In this document: positions 57,906 through 64,000 of the stretch, one piece after another | Layout of the letters: each line of letters opens with the position of its first letter | Position numbering within the stretch: the first letter of the stretch is position 1 | NCBI GenBank assembly: GCA_009914755.4 | Contig: CP068257.2 | Location: 38,144,001-38,208,000 of the forward strand | Reading direction: 5' to 3' | From: the human T2T-CHM13v2.0 reference genome, Homo sapiens | DNA: 64,000 nt | Translations under genes and position numbers: made by a program | The notes under the pieces: generated by a model | What the model saw: only the letters and a program-made list of their open reading frames with translations | Database searches by the model: none | Told to the model about the DNA's origin: nothing

Positions 57906-60004
57906 TTGACTTTTTAAGTCTTTCTGCTTTATTGGTAAACTGCTGAGAAATTGTACTACACTTGCAACTACTCTTTGATTATGATAATTATAAGGAAACA
58001 AATTAATCAATAAATCTGGGGGTATTAATGGACATTCTTCTGTTGTTCTTGATATGCAATTGGTTCTTCTTGTACAGATCTGTAGGAATAGCTAGACTTA
58101 AAATTAGTGCATGTGACATGCTTTAAACATATTTGTTTTTTCAGGGCAATTGTGGGCAAGTGCAATAGCAGCCTGCAAGAATGCAACATTTATGTATATT
58201 CTCTGGAAAATGCACAACCCTAACCTTCCAAGACAAAGACAAATTGTAGTAAGAGCATTGACTATGGTCGGCCATGTTTAAGGATAACTCCAGAATACTC
58301 TTGACTTTTTATTCCATCATTAAGATAAAAATAAGTAATAACATGTGTCTGAGTGTGACACTACATAAAATCAAGCTGTGATTTATGCCTTCTTAAAAGT
58401 TTAAAATACTGAACGGATTACTGAGGTTAGAAATGAAATAATGTAGAGTCAACCAGGTGAACATTTAAATGAATGTTTTAAAAAGCAGGCTATTAACATC
58501 ATTACCAAGTAGCAAGGTAGTGAGTATTGTTATGAGATTTCATGTTTCCTTTGGGGAGGGTGGGCTGGGAGATTTTGCCATCGTTTTCACATAGTAGTAA
58601 GCTTTTTTTTGGAATAAATGGATTTCAAGGACTGCTTAAATTTAGGATGAGATAATGATAGGGGATTGGAGATGAGTAGACTGGGATTCCAAAGATGACT
58701 TGAAGATGATGAAACTGTGGTCAGCAGTGCACTTAGTACATTTTGCAGAGAAGAACACATACTTTAGGCATTTCCAGAAAAGAATACGTACTTTAGGCAA
58801 TCTAGCAAAAGTTGTTGCTCTTAATAACGCTGAATTAATGGATAAAGAGAGATGTAGATGTGTAAAATGAAGAAGCCCAGTGAAGGTTGAAGAAATACAT
58901 GGAGGTGGTGGATTTTGTCCTTCACTATGGGAGGGAAAGATGTTGGAGAGATCCGAGGGGAAAGAAGTAATAGGAAGAGGAAGAGGAGGTCAGGGTATAG
59001 CCCAAGAGAAGTCAGGCAGCAGACACATGATCTAGTGAGAAACAGGCTTTAATGATGAGCAGGGATGAACCAGAATAAAGAACATGGAAAATATTATTAA
59101 GGACCTACCCTAGGGGAAGGTCTTTGGTAATTCGTGGGTGATGTGTTACTGAGAATCTCCTGAGGAAATGAGTAGTTTTGAATGGCCAGATTCTCCTCAG
59201 AGCACTTTTACCATACATCATCTTCCACTGTGTAACTGAAGTCCAAGTTTCACTTCCCATTTTTTGGTTGTTAAGTCCACTCATTAATGATTTGAGCAGA
59301 GTCTGCATGGAAACAGGTCTCCAGACAAGAGTCTCTTCAGTACTGCCAAGTGCATAGCTAGGGATTTCTCCTAGAAAGACTGCCTGTCTCTGGCACACCT
59401 CTCATTGAAGCGTTTAAGGGGTGCACAGGGCACAGTAATCCTTGCAAGACTTCTCCTTCCCCAGCCTCTCTACCGGTCTGAGGATATCATTAGGGCTACT
59501 TATCCACTTTCTCCTAAAAGACCATGAGAAATAATCTCATCACTCTGTACTTCTCAGCGTCTACCAGAATGTCAAGCCTTTGAGAAGACACTTTCCCCAT
59601 ACCCTGACTTGTGCCCTCAGGAGGTTCTTCACATTCCTTAAGAGGACTCAATCTTCCAGCCCTTCCTTACCAAGCAGATACTTCCACTGTGTCCTCTGGA
59701 ATCAGCACTATCATCAGCAAAACCCCGTGTACATCCAGTCTTTTCTCAGAAAGTTCTCTTCTTTGAGATCTGCTCTCCCCTGAGGACCCTGCTTTCTCCT
59801 GTAGTCCTCTTGAATGGTGGCTATTTCCTCTCCCATTCTGCATGGAGTATAGAGTTGGGAAGTATGGGAGTTATCCTTTCTGATTTGCATGATCTCTTCT
59901 TGATCATTTTCTTCCCCCTTTCCTAAAAAATTCTGGTCCTTTGAGGTAACTGCCATTACCATATGAGTTAGTCTGGGTTCTCCAGAGAAACAGAACCAAT
60001 AGGC

Positions 60005-60015
60005 TATCTATCTAA

Positions 60016-60062
<47 letters not shown>

Positions 60063-60074
60063 CTATCTATCTAT

Positions 60075-60121
<47 letters not shown>

Positions 60122-60136
60122 ATCTATCTATATCTT
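60005..60136. repeat. Compound tetranucleotide STR (TCTA)n/(TATC)n with interruptions, more than 25 units
   Basis: ctatctatctaactatctatctatctatctatc...tactatctatctattatctatctattatctatctatctatc...catctatctata. Confidence 0.95.
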
Positions 60137-61275
60137 CTACCAAGTGATTTACTGTAATAAATTAGCTCATGCTATTATGGAGGATGAGTTCAAGATTTGT
60201 GGTCAGCAAGTTGCAGACTCAGGAGAGTAAATGGTATAGTTCCTGCCCATCTTGGAAGGCCTGGGAACCAGGAGAGCCAATAGTGTAAGTTCCAGGCAAA
60301 GTCCAAGGGCATGACAACCAGGATAACTGATGATATAATTTTTAGTCTGAGTTCAAGTTCAAGGGAAGGAGAAGATCAATGTCCCAGCTCAAAGACAGTC
60401 AGGCAGAGAAAGAATTCCTTCTTACTCAGCCTTTGATTCTATTCATACCTTCAATGGATTGGATGAGGCCTACTCACACTAGGGAGGGTTATCTACTTGA
60501 CTCAGTCTACTAATTCAGTTGTTAATCTCATCCAGAAACACCCTCACACCGACACCTAAAATATCATCCTTTATTGTTTGGATAAGTGGAGTATTGGAAC
60601 AATGGCTAAAATGAGAATAGAGAAGAAAAATTTAATTAAATATCTGGTCACCATGTGGCCCAGTCAAAATGACACATTAAAATTAACCATCACTCTGCAC
60701 TTGTCACAGGCCTCAGCTCATCTTCTGGTTACTTCTCCTTGCTCGCTAAAGGTTATAACATTCATGTCATTCTTACTAGCTAGGGAACTATAGAGAAAAT
60801 ATTTTTGTGTTTCTCGAGTTAGAATTTTCTGGGCAAATTTTATTAAAATTTCTTTAAAAGAATATGACTTGAAAGCTGAAGAATGATTAGATACTGACAG
60901 ACTTTCCAGAGAGATTTATCCTCCTGAAGGCATGTGTTTACATTTCAAGGGGGATGAGACCTGGGACCATGGACATATTCCTGGGATCCAAATCTGGAGA
61001 CACTAGTCTTCTCTTCCTTTTAGAAACATTTATTTATATTCTGAAGTGTAAAATCCCTGGGTATTTTCTAAAGAAAATTTATTTACCTAGGGAGATTATT
61101 TCTCTGTCTCAGAACGGAGGAGGGCTACTCTCTAAGTCAGCCTCTGTAACTACCCAGGTTTATGATGTCATTGCAGAGCATGGTATATGGAGGGTGATGT
61201 CTGATCTGGCTTTCATTGCACCACCTTACGGGTAAGAATAAAGCATGGAGGGAACAGTATGGTTACTGTAAGTAA

Positions 61276-61582
<307 letters not shown>

Positions 61583-64000
61583 ATAAGTAAGAATTATTAA
61601 TCTGTTCTTGCTTCAGAACATCTGTCTTTTCAACTTAATACGAACAAATATAAATATTAAACACTTCACTTTGTCTTCAAAACTGCTCAAAACACTTCAC
61701 TTTGTCTTCAAAACTGCTCCCAGAATTTTCCTAGCATTTTTGGTGATTCAACATTCATGTCAAACCACCACACTTGGGCTCCCCAGTTTCTTCATTTCCT
61801 CATTGTTGCATGCACAAATTTTTCTCTGCTCTATCTCAGCCACATCCTACTCCTTCGGTTATTCCTTAGACCTCCAAAATTTTAATTATAAGCATTTTTC
61901 TCCAAGATCTCCCTCATTTCTTTACTTATCTTAATCATTCTCTTCCAACAGCACTTCATCTACTTTGGGAATGCCAATGAATCCGATTTCTTCTTCACTC
62001 GTCATTACCTCTATGTCTGCTCTTTCTTTTCTTGTTTTTTATTGACCCAGTTTAGAGTTTACAGAGTCCTTAAATATAATCACTACTTTGAAAACATCCT
62101 CAGCTGTTTTGCTCCTCTTGACTTTGCTTGGCAAAACTCAGCCTTGGCTAAAACGTCTGGCCATTTCACACCTGCATCCAAGCAACTGAAGTTGGCTAGA
62201 AACAATTGCTACCAGCATGGACTGGTTCCACTTTGAATTCGTAACACAACCTCATGTAGGTCCTCAGCACTGCCTGACTAACCTGTTACTTTCTGTTGTC
62301 AATTTTTTTCCACACCCAGAAACAACTATTTCATACTTTCTTATCTACCCTCAAAATGCCAATATCCTTCTGTATCAGTGAGTTTTTGCTGTGTAACGGG
62401 CAAGGACACAATCCCAGTGGCATACAGTGGTAAGGATTTGTAATCATGCTCACAGGTTTATGCATCAGCTGGAGCTCCTTGTTTCATGTGTCTCTCATTA
62501 TTCTGGTACCGCCTGGTTGCCAAGGGCATATTCTTCTCTTGACAGTGGCAAAAGCACTCTGTTCACTTCATATTTACTCAAATATCATTGGCCAAACTAA
62601 GTCACAAGGCCAAGTCCCACATCAATGAGGTGGGAAAGTATATTCTTCAGATGGAGATGGCAGGGAAAGGGAGCGAATATTTGCTGAATAATAATCACTC
62701 CCAATTGATGACCTTGCTTTATTTCATTGAACAATCAACAGAGATCTACCTTATGTTTTCCCCACCAAATCTGCTAACCCAACAGCATTTGTCCGTCTCA
62801 TGCACTCTGCCTTTGCTCCTGTGATACAGGGCCTGCTGTGTCTAAGCCCAACCCCTCCAACTGTGCCTTGGATATCACTGCTTCTGTCTATACAGCTGGC
62901 TTCCTTGGATCATCCCTTTTCTCTTCTCTCATGGATCACTCTCATCAGCAAACATGCTGTATGATCTCCCATACCAAAATGTTGTTCTTTGAATTCTCAT
63001 CTGCTTCTAGTCACGAACTTAATTTGCTGATCTTTACAGCAAAACCTTCAAAAGAGTTACTTCCCCAAATCAGTTTCCACTCTCTCGTCTGTCAGGCTCC
63101 CTTCTTTCCATTCCTATGAAGGATTAATTCTCCACATTGCAATCACTTTTGTCAAAGTCATCAACCACCTCCATCTTGTCAAATCCAAGGCACAATCTGC
63201 AGTCCTCATCTTGTGTGATGCACCAGCAACATTTGATACACTTGATCACTTCCTTCTTGAAATCTCATTTGGTGTCTATGAACCTCGATTCTCCCCATCC
63301 CATGTCACTAGCTTTTCTTTCTATACTTTTTATTTTTAGGATTGTCCTCTTCTTGTGACCTCTAAATATTGGTTGAGACTGGACTAAGAGTCATTCTGGA
63401 CTCAGTTTTTTGTTCTCTTCTCTTCTTTATCTACAACTCCTCCCTAGGTAGTTTCACTGTCTCATGGCTTTAAAAACCATAAATATGATGATAGCTTCAT
63501 GTTTTTTCTTTATCTTTGACCTCCTGCACTAAACTCAATATTTGTTATCCAATTTGCTATTTGGCATCTCATGTGGATATTGAATGGACACCTCGGTATA
63601 CATAGGAATATCAGATTTCTTCCCAAACTCACTGCCCCTCAAATCAGTAAATGGTGCTGCTAGTAGTCAGGCTACCTGGCTTTGGTTCTCTTCTTTACAT
63701 ATTTCATTCATTGTCTTGTTGGTAATATCCTTAAAATACATCTGGAATTCATCTATTTGTCATCCCTTCTGTGGTAGGCAGAATTGTGGCCCCTCAAAGA
63801 TGTTCATGCTCTAATCCTTAGAACCTGTAACTATTACTTTACATGACAAAAGAGACTGTGCAGATGTAATTAAGGTAATAGACCTTGAGACAGGAGATTA
63901 TCCTAGATTATCTGAGTAAGTCCAGCCTAATTCACATGAGCCTCTAAAAGTAGAAGAGAAAGGCTGAAATGTGGGTCAGAGAGATATGACATTAGAAGGA

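Overview
This window is human (primate) genomic DNA, not a microbial locus. It carries what I read as the complete coding region of one Ig-superfamily adhesion gene on the + strand, spread over about 37 kb (window 4622..41842) with long introns full of Alu, L1, MIR and MaLR repeats.

The reconstructed protein is about 406 aa: a short N-terminal/signal segment, an Ig V-set domain, an Ig C2/I-set domain, a transmembrane helix, an extraordinary poly-cysteine juxtamembrane stretch, a Lys/Glu/Ser-rich tail and a C-terminal -T-V-V PDZ-binding motif. From memory, not verified against any database, this fits IGSF5 (JAM4) on chr21q22.2. Exons 2-8 are supported by continuous frame, canonical AG/GT splice sites and consistent intron phases. 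Exon 1 (4622..4718) is a prediction from phase compatibility, first-ATG logic and a strong donor.

The rest is interspersed repeats: at least 11 Alus, several with clear target-site duplications; several L1 fragments, including a twin-priming inverted L1 nested in an older L1; MIR fragments; MaLR LTRs (THE1/MST/MLT1-like) concentrated downstream of the gene; and several simple repeats ((CA)n, compound (TCTA)n, a 450-bp TG-rich tract, a GA-rich tract). I see no CRISPR array, operon, rRNA or tRNA, and no evidence of a novel or undescribed biological system. The six-frame ORFs outside the spliced exons are explained by L1 ORF2 remnants, low-complexity DNA or chance. The most interesting items are gene-structure details (poly-Cys codon repeat, 22-nt microexon, candidate first exon) and repeat architecture (twin-primed L1 with an unexplained 44-bp perfect post-poly(A) copy).
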